DNA from: Candidatus Saccharimonadota bacterium
GTDB taxonomy: Bacteria; Patescibacteriota; Saccharimonadia; Saccharimonadales; Saccharimonadaceae
Assembly (NCBI GenBank): GCA_017992395.1
Contig: JAGOOS010000001.1
Span: 1 to 45,568 of the forward strand
Length of the DNA stretch: 45,568 nt
Direction of reading: 5' to 3'
Positions 1-9,306 of this stretch are shown here, one piece after another. The position numbers and the translations under genes were made by a program. The stretch's first letter is position 1, and every line of letters starts with the position of its first letter. The notes under the pieces were generated by a model. It searched no databases. It was not told where the DNA came from and saw nothing but the letters and a program-made list of their open reading frames with translations.

Positions 1-1843
1 ATGTGTCTCCAACTCTTTCATAAAAAGCAGGTGTTGGCCCTAAAATTTGGACCTCTGATGCGTGTGCTGTTCTAATTTCTTGTGCAGCTTGGCGGGAATT
101 TTTTATGGCTGATTTCTCAGTTTTATATACGCAAGTTAATTTGAGTATATATACGAAAGGCGGGAAGTTTGTTTGTTTGCGAACTGCAATCTCGTGTTTA
201 TAAAATCCGTCATAATCTTGGTGAATGCCAAATTGAACCGACGGACTATTTGGTTGGTATGTCTGTACTATCACATTAGTATCAGATGCGTGGCGACCGA
301 CGCGCCCAATAACTTGAGCCAGTAGCTGAAAATTTCGCTCAGGTGAAGTGAAGTCGGGTAAAGCTAAACCTGCATCCGCCTGGACGACGCCTACGGTGCG
401 CAGTTTTGGTAGGTCTAAACCTTTGGCAATTACTTGAGTACCTATAATTATATCAATATCTCCGTTGACTATTTGAGAGTATAACTTATCGACTGTACTA
501 TCTTTTTCGCTGTCGGCGTCGAAGCGAACAATTTTTTTGTTGGTAAATAGTTTGCGAGCTTCTTGCTCGATCATCTTAGTACCGATACCTTTATGGATTA
601 TCTCGGCTTCACCGCATTCTGGGCATGAAGTTGGGATTTTTTCTTCGGTACCGCAAATATGGCAAATTAATTTGTGCTTATCCGCATGAAGAGTGAAGGG
701 GACGAAACAATGTGGGCAAAGTGCCGTCCAACCGCAATTATGGCAGGTCGTCAAGCTTGCACTTCCGCGACGATTATGATAAAGCAAGACTTGTTTACCA
801 TCCTCTAGTGACGCTCTCATTTCTTTAAGTAGTTTATTTGAAAAGAAACGATGTTGGGAGATGTTTGTCTTTTTTGTTAGATCAATAAGGTCAATTTTAG
901 GCGGTTTTGCGCCAGCAACTGCGAGTTTGGTCATATTTACTATTGGTGAATTTGTTTTATCTGTGCTAGCAATATAATAATCTTCAACTAGTGGTGTGGC
1001 GGAGCCGAAGATGGTTTTTATCTTGAGCTCATTTGCTAGAAAACTACTTGCGCGTAGGGCTGAATATTTTGGTGTCTGCTCTTGTTTGAAGCTTGGTTCA
1101 TGGGCCTCATCGATTATTATCAATCCTAAATTATCAACTGGCGCAAACAGCGCAGACCTAGCACCAATAATTACCTGTGGCTTAGGGTTCTGATGAATTT
1201 TCATCCAAGTTTTGTGTTTTTCTGCCTCGGTCATGCGAGAGTGCAAAATACTTATATCGCCAAAAACCTGTGAAAAGTTTAAAACTAGTTGCGACGTCAA
1301 GGCGATTTCTGGAACTAATAATATGACAGATTTTCCGTTAGTTATAGTTTTTTGTGCCTGATCTATATATACTTCAGTTTTTCCAGATCCAGTAATTCCG
1401 TGCAGAATTATCGTTCCGTGGTTAGTTTTTTCGATTTTTTCGATAGCTTTTTGCTGTTGGCTTGTGAACAAAAAATTTGTTCGATAGCCAACCTTTTTAT
1501 CTGATACTTCGCTAGATTCAGTGTTTTTGCGGCGTGTTTTTGTGATGCCGCTAGGCAAAATGCTACCTAGAATTTGGGCCAGCGGAGTTTGGTAATAATT
1601 TTGCATCCATAGGGATAGTTTTAGGAGATGAGCAGGTAGCGGCTTTTGGCTTACAATAGATTCAATCGTCCGAGTTTTAAAGCTAGGCTCAGCCACCTTT
1701 TTATATACCACACCAACCACAGTTTTTTTACCGATTGGAATCTCTACAATCGTGCCGTTCTCTAAATCGCCATCAAAATTATACGTAAAAACATCACTGT
1801 TTGTGCGAATAATTTTAATTGGTGCAATTTCATAGTAGCGCAT
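1..1843 (-). CDS. priA: Primosomal protein N' (replication restart helicase); 3' end runs off the window
   Basis: Not in the ORF track because it has no stop in the window. Minus-strand reading from ATG at 1843 gives MRYYEIAPIKIIRTNSDVFTY..., Walker A LHGITGSGKT, DEAHE motif, four CxxC pairs (TCHNCG, LCPHC, ICHICG, SCPECG), LAQVIGRVGR and GPTPAFYER. Confidence 0.95.
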   Translation of the reverse strand, partial: MRYYEIAPIKIIRTNSDVFTYNFDGDLENGTIVEIPIGKKTVVGVVYKKVAEPSFKTRTIESIVSQKPLPAHLLKLSLWMQNYYQTPLAQILGSILPSGITKTRRKNTESSEVSDKKVGYRTNFLFTSQQQKAIEKIEKTNHGTIILHGITGSGKTEVYIDQAQKTITNGKSVILLVPEIALTSQLVLNFSQVFGDISILHSRMTEAEKHKTWMKIHQNPKPQVIIGARSALFAPVDNLGLIIIDEAHEPSFKQEQTPKYSALRASSFLANELKIKTIFGSATPLVEDYYIASTDKTNSPIVNMTKLAVAGAKPPKIDLIDLTKKTNISQHRFFSNKLLKEMRASLEDGKQVLLYHNRRGSASLTTCHNCGWTALCPHCFVPFTLHADKHKLICHICGTEEKIPTSCPECGEAEIIHKGIGTKMIEQEARKLFTNKKIVRFDADSEKDSTVDKLYSQIVNGDIDIIIGTQVIAKGLDLPKLRTVGVVQADAGLALPDFTSPERNFQLLAQVIGRVGRHASDTNVIVQTYQPNSPSVQFGIHQDYDGFYKHEIAVRKQTNFPPFVYILKLTCVYKTEKSAIKNSRQAAQEIRTAHASEVQILGPTPAFYERVGDT

Positions 1844-1870
1844 ATTCACTTTTTATTATAAAATGAAAGT

Positions 1871-2527
1871 ATGTATTTTGAAAGTAGGAAATCGGCGGGT
1901 GAAGAATTGGCAAGTGAATTGCTGGAAAAATATCGCTACGAAGATTGTGCGGTGGTTGCACTAAACGATGGTGGGATTCTAGTTGGAGAACCAATTGCCG
2001 CCGAGCTTCACTGTGTGCTAACGATGATTTTAAGTGAAGATATTGAAGTGCCAGGAGAAGGGCTCCTTCTTGGTGGAGTGTCGCAAAACGGCAATTTCGT
2101 TCAAAATTCTTTTATGACTACAGGCGAATTTGATGGCTATCAAAGCGAATTCTTTGGCCTGTTTGAGCAGCAAAAACGCGAAAGCTTTCAAAAAATCAAT
2201 CGGCTCCTCGGAGATGGTGGAACAGTTGACTTGGATTTATTAAGGGACCGAGTTATTATTTTAGTTAGTGATGGCTTCACCGACAGATCTTCGATCGACG
2301 TAGCGATCGATTTTCTTAAACCCGTGCGCTACAAAAAACTAGTTGTAGCAACACCTGTTGCAAGTGTTGCGGCGGTCGACCGCCTACACATAACGGCTGA
2401 TGAAATGCACATTCTAGATGTTAAGGCTAATTATTTAGATACCAACCATTATTATGAAGACAATAAAATACCTTCGCACGAAGAGGCAGTGAAGAAGATT
2501 AACGACATTATTTTAAATTGGCGCTGA
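1871..2527 (+). CDS. Phosphoribosyltransferase-family protein (degenerate PRPP loop)
   Basis: FESRKSAGEELA N-terminus and VIILVSDGF...IDFLK...VVATPVAS match the stand-alone type I PRTase-like family. The usual DDG.ATG loop reads SDGFTDR. Confidence 0.8.
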   Translation: MYFESRKSAGEELASELLEKYRYEDCAVVALNDGGILVGEPIAAELHCVLTMILSEDIEVPGEGLLLGGVSQNGNFVQNSFMTTGEFDGYQSEFFGLFEQQKRESFQKINRLLGDGGTVDLDLLRDRVIILVSDGFTDRSSIDVAIDFLKPVRYKKLVVATPVASVAAVDRLHITADEMHILDVKANYLDTNHYYEDNKIPSHEEAVKKINDIILNWR

Positions 2528-2581
2528 AATTGTTGTAAAAAATCAATTATCATGTAAAATAGGAATTAAAGGATAAAGGGA

Positions 2582-2905
2582 ATGATTGATTTAGATATTT
2601 TGATAACATCTAGAGTGAGGCGGAAAATCGTTGTTTTTTTTGTTACCTACCCAGCGATCAAGATGCACGTTCGAGGGCTAGCAAAACTAATTAAAGAAGA
2701 CCCAGGCAATATCCAGCGTGAACTTCATAAACTTCATAAGGCTGGATTTTTGAATATGGAAAAGAAGAAGAATACTTTTGTGTATTCAGCCAATACAGAC
2801 TTTCTAATCTTTAAAGAACTACAAACGATTGTGGTTAAGATACGAGATCAACAAAGCGTCGCTCGCTCACCACGCAGAATCACTAGTAAAAGACGCGATA
2901 TATAA
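2582..2905 (+). CDS. Winged helix-turn-helix DNA-binding protein
   Basis: LITSRVRRKIV..F...HVRGLAKLIKEDPGNIQRELHKLHKAGFL...YSAN pattern (ArsR/MarR-like wHTH). An upstream TGTAAAAT -10 and a purine-rich RBS are present. Confidence 0.75.
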   Translation: MIDLDILITSRVRRKIVVFFVTYPAIKMHVRGLAKLIKEDPGNIQRELHKLHKAGFLNMEKKKNTFVYSANTDFLIFKELQTIVVKIRDQQSVARSPRRITSKRRDI

Positions 2906-2931
2906 CTAAATTAACTAAACTGGAGTATTTT

Positions 2932-4560
2932 TTGAGCGATAAGATAATTGATGTTATTTTAAATAGACGCGGAATCAAGCCTGAAGACAGGTCGGAATTC
3001 TTAAATCCAGATTATAAAAAACAGAACGATCCTTTTTTGTTACCAGATATGGACGCAGCCGTGGCTAGATTAGTCGAGGCTAAACAAACTCAAGAAAACA
3101 TTACTATTTATGGAGATTATGATGTTGATGGCGTAACGGCAAGTGCGCTACTTCTGGATTCTTTAGGGAAAATGGGTTTTAAAAATGTGGATTATTTTTT
3201 GCCAGATAGATTTATAGACGGCTATGGAATCAGTGAACGAGCCGTTAAAATAATGAAAGGCCGCGGAACTAGTCTAATTTTAACGGTAGACTGTGGAAGC
3301 TTAAACCATACAGAGATCGGTCTTGCAAATAGCTTAGGTATGGAAGTTATAGTGACTGACCACCATAATATTGCCGAAGTTCAGCCTAATGCGGTAGCGG
3401 TCGTCAACCCACGTAGGTCAGAAAATAAATATCCAGGTGGCTCTAATTTTGCTGGAGTTGGTGTAGCGTTTAAGCTAGCTCAGGCACTTAGTTCTAAGCT
3501 GAGTGGATTAGAGAATGGACATGAAAAATGGATGCTTGATTTGGTCGCTTTAGGTACAGTTTGTGATATTGTGCCTATGATAGGGGAGAATCGACAAAAT
3601 GTTTTTTGGGGATTGAAGGTGCTTGAAAAAACCAAGCGCCCGGGCTTAAGGGCTATAATGTCGGTGGCAGGCGTTGAAACCATATCAACTTCTACATTGG
3701 GTTTTGTTTTAGGCCCTAGAATAAATTCTGCAGGCAGACTAGAAACTGCCGAAAAGGCTCTAGAATTAGTTTTTGAGCAAGATAATTTCAAAGCTTTAGA
3801 CAAAGCTCATCAGCTAGACGCTCTTAATAAAAAAAGGCAAACTCTTCAGCGCTCGGCCCTTGAAACTGCAATAAAAAAGGCCGAGCAATATCAAAGCGAC
3901 AATGTTTTGGTTGTAGAGGATGAAAGTTTTAATGATGGGATTATCGGTATTGTTGCATCTGGGCTAGTAGAAAAATTCAAGAAACCAGTGTTCGTAATTG
4001 GCGTTGGTAATGAAATATCAAAAGGCAGTGCTAGAAGTTTTGGGGATTTCTCGGTAAGTCAGGCGGTGAAAGCGGCGGCAGGATTTATAATTAAAGGTGG
4101 TGGACATGATGCTGCAGCTGGCGTGACGCTCGAAACTAGCCAAATTTCTAATTTCCGCAAAGCTGTAAATAAATTTTATAAGTCACTTAATCTTAAAAAT
4201 CAGGCGGATAAACTAGTGCCTGCAGTAGATGTAAAATTAGATGATTTTGAAGATTTAACATACGATTTATATAATAAAATTCAACTACTTGAGCCATTTG
4301 GCCCAGGCAACGAAGAACCGATATTCTTAGCTGAAAACGTAACAGTGGTTGGACGCCAGGAGATGGGTGATAAAGGTCAACACATAAAACTCACTTTGTC
4401 AGATGGTCAGCGGCAGATAAAAATGCTTAAATTTAATGCGCCGTCCGAGTTTTATGCAGAACCAGGTGAAATTATCGATGTGGTATTTTCAATAGGTATA
4501 AATGAATGGCGGGGACACCGCAGTGTTGAAGGTAGAATTTTGCATTTAACTCGTAAGTGA
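2932..4560 (+). CDS. recJ: Single-stranded-DNA-specific exonuclease RecJ
   Basis: YGDYDVDG, TVDCG, TDHH, GPRINSAGR, GSARS, GGHDAAAG and LEPFGPGN motifs. TTG start follows GGAG. Confidence 0.97.
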   Translation: MSDKIIDVILNRRGIKPEDRSEFLNPDYKKQNDPFLLPDMDAAVARLVEAKQTQENITIYGDYDVDGVTASALLLDSLGKMGFKNVDYFLPDRFIDGYGISERAVKIMKGRGTSLILTVDCGSLNHTEIGLANSLGMEVIVTDHHNIAEVQPNAVAVVNPRRSENKYPGGSNFAGVGVAFKLAQALSSKLSGLENGHEKWMLDLVALGTVCDIVPMIGENRQNVFWGLKVLEKTKRPGLRAIMSVAGVETISTSTLGFVLGPRINSAGRLETAEKALELVFEQDNFKALDKAHQLDALNKKRQTLQRSALETAIKKAEQYQSDNVLVVEDESFNDGIIGIVASGLVEKFKKPVFVIGVGNEISKGSARSFGDFSVSQAVKAAAGFIIKGGGHDAAAGVTLETSQISNFRKAVNKFYKSLNLKNQADKLVPAVDVKLDDFEDLTYDLYNKIQLLEPFGPGNEEPIFLAENVTVVGRQEMGDKGQHIKLTLSDGQRQIKMLKFNAPSEFYAEPGEIIDVVFSIGINEWRGHRSVEGRILHLTRK

Positions 4561-4607
4561 GTTATAATTCAACCACCGTTCTCAACATAAAAAAGGAGTT
4601 GAATAAA

Positions 4608-5609
4608 GTGAAAGTACTGTTGTGCCAAGAGGGTGAAAAGGTCTTAAGTAAATCTGGTGTTGGCCGAGCAATGAAGCACCAAATTGAAGCTTTAAAACTA
4701 GCTAGGGTTGATTTTACTACTGATAATTCAGATGATTATGACATTCTACATGTAAACACTGTTGGTATGGATTCATACCATATAGCTAAAAAAGCGCATA
4801 AACACAATAAGAAAGTGGTTTATCACGCTCATTCAACGGAAGAAGATTTCAAGAACTCTTTTGCGTTTTCAAATCTAGTATCGCCATTATTTAAACGCTG
4901 GCTAGTTCGGTGTTATAGCCTTGGTGACGTTATACTGACTCCAACTCCATATTCTAAAAAAGTTTTAGAAAAGTACAATCTACCGTCACCTATAGTTTCG
5001 ATTTCAAATGGCGTAGATTTAGATTTATTTAAAAAAGACCAAGCGAAAATTAAAAAGTTTCGTCACCACTTCAATTTATCTCCATCAGATAAAGTAATTA
5101 TATCTGTTGGACACTTTTTTGAAAGAAAAGGTTTGCCTGATTTCTTTGAGATCGCTCGTGAGTTTCCAGAGTATACTTTTATTTGGTTTGGATATACTCC
5201 AACTGCTGCAGTGACTGATAAAATCAGAAAAGCAATTAATTCAAAACCTGATAATGTGATAATGCCAGGATATATTAAAGGTGATATTATTCAGGGCGCA
5301 TATGCGGCTGCTGATCTGTTTTTCTTCCCGTCGTATGAAGAAACAGAGGGTATAGTCGTCTTAGAGGCGCTCGCGGCCAACTGTCAAGTAATTTTACGAG
5401 ACATTGGTGTATATGATCCTTGGTTGGTAGATAAAATGAACTGCTATAAGGGTAATTCAAATGAAGAATTCATCTCCATCTTAAAAGATTATTTCTCTAA
5501 TAAAATCCCTTCAACTACTAAACAGGGCTATGAAGTAGCTAAAGAGAGAAGCTTAGATAAAATTGGCCAACAGCTAAAGCAGGTTTACGAAGACGTGTTA
5601 AATAATTAA
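4608..5609 (+). CDS. GT4 glycosyltransferase, CpoA/diglycosyl-diacylglycerol synthase-like
   Basis: KSGVGRAMKHQ, HAHSTEEDFKNSF, TPTPYSK and FFFPSYEETEGIVVLEALA resemble streptococcal/enterococcal glycolipid synthases. Start moved to GTG 4608, which follows an AAGGAG RBS (track start 4557). Confidence 0.85.
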   Translation: MKVLLCQEGEKVLSKSGVGRAMKHQIEALKLARVDFTTDNSDDYDILHVNTVGMDSYHIAKKAHKHNKKVVYHAHSTEEDFKNSFAFSNLVSPLFKRWLVRCYSLGDVILTPTPYSKKVLEKYNLPSPIVSISNGVDLDLFKKDQAKIKKFRHHFNLSPSDKVIISVGHFFERKGLPDFFEIAREFPEYTFIWFGYTPTAAVTDKIRKAINSKPDNVIMPGYIKGDIIQGAYAAADLFFFPSYEETEGIVVLEALAANCQVILRDIGVYDPWLVDKMNCYKGNSNEEFISILKDYFSNKIPSTTKQGYEVAKERSLDKIGQQLKQVYEDVLNN

Positions 5610-5658
5610 ACTATTTTATTATTGATTTTTAGATAATAAAGTGTTAAAATGGAGCTAT

Positions 5659-5877
5659 ATGAGTATACAAGTAACGAGAAAAGACCAGAAAGAAGCTAAC
5701 GAAAATATTATTCGTCGTTTCAATCGAAAGGTTTTGCAGAGCGGAGTTTTGAGCGAAGCTAAAACTTCAATGCGGTTTTCTAAGCCACTTAGCAAAACTG
5801 AGCGTCGCAAGAAAGCGATCATTCGCAACGAACGCAAAGCTGAAAAGCTCAACAAAATGCGTCTTGGCATTCGCTAG
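5659..5877 (+). CDS. rpsU: 30S ribosomal protein S21 (bS21)
   Basis: Basic ~72 aa protein, ENIIRRFNRKVLQSGVL...RFSKP, adjacent to yqeY as usual. ATG 5659 lies downstream of TGTTAAAAT. Confidence 0.85.
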   Translation: MSIQVTRKDQKEANENIIRRFNRKVLQSGVLSEAKTSMRFSKPLSKTERRKKAIIRNERKAEKLNKMRLGIR

Positions 5878-5889
5878 AGATGTAAAACT

Positions 5890-5920
5890 TGCCAGCCGGA
5901 TAAAACTAGCTGGCATTTTT
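5890..5920 (+). terminator. Rho-independent terminator after rpsU
   Basis: TGCCAGC...GCTGGCA stem followed by TTTTT. Confidence 0.7.
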
Positions 5921-5938
5921 AAATTCTAAGGAGATTAT

Positions 5939-6379
5939 ATGAGACTAAAAGAAAAAATTACAGGTGATTTAAAAACAGCGATGCTAGCACGTGACGCTTT
6001 TACTACGAACGTTCTTCGAGGCTTAAAAGCAGCAATCCTGGATGAAGAAGTATCTCTTAATAAAAGAGACGAAGGTTTGAGCGACACCGAAATTGAGAAG
6101 ATTTTAGCACGTGAAGTGAAAAAGCGAAACGAAGCAGCCAAGCTACTAGATGAAGCGCGCGCAGAAATTGAAATAAAAGAAGCTGTCGTAATCCAGAAAT
6201 ATTTGCCAGAAATGGCTAGCGAAGAAGATATTAGAGCTGCCGTTAAAACTAAAATGTCAGAACTAAACGCCGACATAAAACAAATGGGCGCCGTCATCGG
6301 TGCTGTAAAATCTAAATTTGGCACTAGCGCAGATGGCGCAGTTATTGCTAAGATTGTTAAAGAAGAACTGAATAAATAG
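5939..6379 (+). CDS. GatB/YqeY domain protein
   Basis: LKEKITGDLKTAMLARD...EVKKRNEA...YLP...MGAVIG...ADG pattern. Confidence 0.93.
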   Translation: MRLKEKITGDLKTAMLARDAFTTNVLRGLKAAILDEEVSLNKRDEGLSDTEIEKILAREVKKRNEAAKLLDEARAEIEIKEAVVIQKYLPEMASEEDIRAAVKTKMSELNADIKQMGAVIGAVKSKFGTSADGAVIAKIVKEELNK

Positions 6380-6436
6380 TCTATGCTTGTGTTATAATTT
6401 AAATATAGATATTTAAAACAAAAGGAAATAACATAG

Positions 6437-6988
6437 ATGATTGTATTTTTTGGTCCAGCTGGAGCGGGTAAAAGCGTTCAAGGAAATTTACTCGCAGCAC
6501 GCAATGATTGGCGATGGCTTGGTGCTGGCCAGCTGCTGCGCGACAGTAAAGATCCTGAGTTGCTAACTCGCATGTCGACAGGAAAACTGGTCGACCCAGA
6601 GATTGTTAATCGCGTAATGGGCGAAGCTTTAGATAGAGCTGACGATAAAGTTAAGAAAGTGATTCTGGACGGTTTTCCAAGGCAGTTAGAGCAAGCAAAG
6701 TGGTTGCTAGAAACTGCTGGAGAAAATAGTATACGTAAAATTGATTTAGTTATCGTTTTAGAAGTCCCACGAAGTGAACTACTACGCCGTTTAGCTATTC
6801 GCGGTCGTCTTGATGACGTGCCAGAAATAATTGACGAAAGACTAAAAATTTATCGACAAGAGATGTATCCAGTTTTAACGTATTTTAACGAAAACGGTAT
6901 AAGAATATCGCACATAGATGGCACTGGTACTGTTGGGCAAGTTCACGATCGGATAATGGAGGAAATTAATTCATGCGAGATAATCTAA
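6437..6988 (+). CDS. adk: Adenylate kinase (short LID)
   Basis: P-loop GPAGAGKS, G.LLR, ILDGFPRQLEQA and RGRLDD; located next to map. Confidence 0.9.
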   Translation: MIVFFGPAGAGKSVQGNLLAARNDWRWLGAGQLLRDSKDPELLTRMSTGKLVDPEIVNRVMGEALDRADDKVKKVILDGFPRQLEQAKWLLETAGENSIRKIDLVIVLEVPRSELLRRLAIRGRLDDVPEIIDERLKIYRQEMYPVLTYFNENGIRISHIDGTGTVGQVHDRIMEEINSCEII

Positions 6989-7746
6989 TTACAGGTAATA
7001 AGAAGCCTGAACAAATCGAGGCGATGCGCGAAGGTGGTAAGATTTTGGCGCGAATTTTGCGCGAAATATCTGAGTTTTCGAAACCGGGAGTGACTGGTCT
7101 TGAAGCTGACGCATATGCGAGAAGTAAAATTAAAGAATATGGTGCTACGTCGAGCTACTTGACCCCGGATGTAGACTTTCCAGGAGTAGTCTGTATATCG
7201 GTCAATGATTGTGTTGTCCACGGCGCACCTAATGATATTCCGTTTGAAGAGGGCGACGTTGTGTCTTTTGATATGGTTATAGCTTATAAAGGTATGATGG
7301 TTGATTCATGTACTACAATTTGTGTTGGAGAGAATCCTAGCAGTGCAGTGAAGCATCTATTAAATGATTCTAAAAAAGCTTTGGCAGCGGGTATTTCTGT
7401 AGTAAAGCCAGGTGTTAAGACCGGCGATGTCGGCGCTGCAGTAGAAAAATCTCTCAAAAAATCCAAACTTGGCAATGTACATGATCTAGTCGGACATGGC
7501 ATCGGAGTTAAGATGCATATGCCGCCCGAAGTGCCAAATTATGGGAAGCAAGGCAAAGGCGTTTCGTTCTTTGCGGGTGATACTTTTTGCATTGAGCCTA
7601 TGACGTCGCTTGGTAGCGGCAAAGTTGCATTTGATGATGGTGATGATGGGTGGAGCGTTTTTATGCGCGATGGGAGCCTCAGCGCTCATTTTGAGCATAC
7701 AGTGCTTGTAACCGATGATGGCGTTGAGATTTTGACGATAGAATAA
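6973..7746 (+). CDS. map: Methionine aminopeptidase type I
   Basis: CISVNDCVVHG, D...D metal ligands, GHGIG, IEPM and SAHFEHTV. Confidence 0.97.
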   Translation: MRDNLITGNKKPEQIEAMREGGKILARILREISEFSKPGVTGLEADAYARSKIKEYGATSSYLTPDVDFPGVVCISVNDCVVHGAPNDIPFEEGDVVSFDMVIAYKGMMVDSCTTICVGENPSSAVKHLLNDSKKALAAGISVVKPGVKTGDVGAAVEKSLKKSKLGNVHDLVGHGIGVKMHMPPEVPNYGKQGKGVSFFAGDTFCIEPMTSLGSGKVAFDDGDDGWSVFMRDGSLSAHFEHTVLVTDDGVEILTIE

Positions 7747-7806
7747 TCTAAAAACCTATTGAATTTTTATAAATACTCATGTATAATAAAAAAGCAATTT
7801 GGTTGT

Positions 7807-7883
7807 GCCACCTTAGCTCAGCTGGTTAGAGCAGCTGTTTTGTAAACAGCAGGTCTTCGGTTCGAATCCGAAAGGTGGCTCCA
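7807..7883 (+). tRNA. tRNA-Thr(TGT)
   Basis: Acceptor GCCACCT/AGGTGGC, anticodon arm GCTGT-TT-TGT-AA-ACAGC, GGTTCGAATCC T-arm, encoded CCA. Confidence 0.97.
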
Positions 7884-7894
7884 TTTTTATATAC

Positions 7895-7980
7895 GCTGGG
7901 GTAGTGAAGCGGTCAAACACAACAGACTGTAAATCTGTCGGCAGATGCCTTCGAAAGTTCGAATCTTTCCCCCAGCACCA
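7895..7980 (+). tRNA. tRNA-Tyr(GTA)
   Basis: Acceptor GCTGGGG/CCCCAGC, anticodon arm ACAGA-CT-GTA-AA-TCTGT, long variable arm GGCAGATGCC, encoded CCA. Confidence 0.97.
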
Positions 7981-7987
7981 TATCGTT

Positions 7988-8020
7988 ACCACCTCGCCTA
8001 AAGCGGGGTGGTTTTGTGTT
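7988..8020 (+). terminator. Terminator after tRNA pair
   Basis: ACCACCTCGC-CTAAA-GCGGGGTGGT followed by a T-rich tail. Confidence 0.8.
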
Positions 8021-8031
8021 AGCTTAAAAAC

Positions 8032-8060
8032 TTGCGAATTTTTGACATTAGCGGTATAAT
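8032..8060 (+). promoter_or_regulatory. Sigma70 promoter of ftsA (probably leaderless transcript)
   Basis: TTGCGA-17nt-TATAAT, with the ATG 6 nt downstream. Confidence 0.7.
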
Positions 8061-8066
8061 ATCTGT

Positions 8067-9272
8067 ATGAATGAAGAGTCTAGATATGCAGTAGGAATCG
8101 ACATCGGTACGACTACTGTTCGTTGCGTGGTTGCGAGCTTGTCTGATGATGGAGCACCAACGGTTGTTGGAGTGGGTGCAGCGCCAAACAACGGTATGCG
8201 TAAAGGTGTTATATCAAACTTAGCAGGCCCGGCTAAAGCCATCGACGATGCTCTTGGTGAAGCTGAAAGAGTTAGCGGGTATCAGGTGAACAACGCAACT
8301 ATAAACGTTAATGGATCACATATTATCAGTACTAAAACTGACGGTATGATAGCTCTAGGTTCGGCCGATCACGAAATTTCGGAAGCGGATCTCATCAGGA
8401 TTGAGGATGTAGCCACTCTTGGTAAGGTGCCGGCTAACCGAGAAATACTAGAGTTTGTTCCACATTCGTACCGTCTAGATGGTCAGGACGGAATTAGAGA
8501 CCCTCTAGGTATGGCAGGAACAAGGTTAGAAGTTAAAGCTAATGTTGTATCTGCTTTAACACCTTACGTAAATAATTTACATCGGACTGCAGAGATGGCG
8601 AATGTTCGTCCGGATCAAACGGTTGCTAGCGTAGTTGCTGCAGCTAAGTCGGTTTTAGATGAAGATCAGATGGAAAGTGGTGTAGCAGTGATTGATCTAG
8701 GCGCTTCGACTACTGGGATTTCTATTTTTGAAGAGGGCGATTTGCAATTCGTCAGAATAATTCCTGTAGGTAGCGCAAACATAACTAACGATCTAGCAAT
8801 TGGCTTAAAGACTGTACCAGAAGTTGCGGAGATTGTTAAGTTGCAGCATGGCGTGGCTATTCCTCGTGAAGAAAGCCGAAATGCAATGGTTAAACGTGAA
8901 AAAGAACATTATAGTTTTAATACTGAAGAGATTGATGAAATTATAGAGGCTCGCCTTGAAGAAATTTTTGAAGCTATTAAAAAAGAATTAAAGCGCGCTG
9001 GACGAGATAAAAAACTACCAAGCGGAATTGTGCTAACTGGTGGTGGTGCTAACTTGCGTAAAATTGCTGATTTTTCGCGTAATTATTTAGAACTTGCTTC
9101 TCAAGTTGGAAAGATTAAAGAAGTAGGCAGTGCGGCAGGTGAAATAAATAAACCTGAATATGCAACAGCGATTGGTCTTATGATCGAAAATTCTAGACTT
9201 TCGAGCCTAGATACGCGCCATAGTCATAATGAAGGTGGATTTTTCAAAAAATTATTCAGAAAACGCAAATAA
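8067..9272 (+). CDS. ftsA: Cell division protein FtsA
   Basis: GIDIGTT, GMRKGVI, VIDLGASTT, ITNDLAIGL, IIEARLEEIF, VLTGGG and a C-terminal amphipathic helix FFKKLF. Confidence 0.97.
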   Translation: MNEESRYAVGIDIGTTTVRCVVASLSDDGAPTVVGVGAAPNNGMRKGVISNLAGPAKAIDDALGEAERVSGYQVNNATINVNGSHIISTKTDGMIALGSADHEISEADLIRIEDVATLGKVPANREILEFVPHSYRLDGQDGIRDPLGMAGTRLEVKANVVSALTPYVNNLHRTAEMANVRPDQTVASVVAAAKSVLDEDQMESGVAVIDLGASTTGISIFEEGDLQFVRIIPVGSANITNDLAIGLKTVPEVAEIVKLQHGVAIPREESRNAMVKREKEHYSFNTEEIDEIIEARLEEIFEAIKKELKRAGRDKKLPSGIVLTGGGANLRKIADFSRNYLELASQVGKIKEVGSAAGEINKPEYATAIGLMIENSRLSSLDTRHSHNEGGFFKKLFRKRK

Positions 9273-9306
9273 AGTGTTATAATTGATATAGTAAAGAGGA
9301 GACGAA

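Noticed and set aside
996..1193. 65-aa plus-strand ORF and the many other short antisense or alternate-frame ORFs in the track
   Set aside because: They are shadows of well-supported genes (here priA; likewise within recJ, map, ileS, htrA, greA, lysS, DUF2207 and pspC) with no independent RBS or motif.
7807..8066. tRNA-associated integrated element
   Set aside because: No integrase and no duplicated tRNA 3' end; ftsA follows directly.
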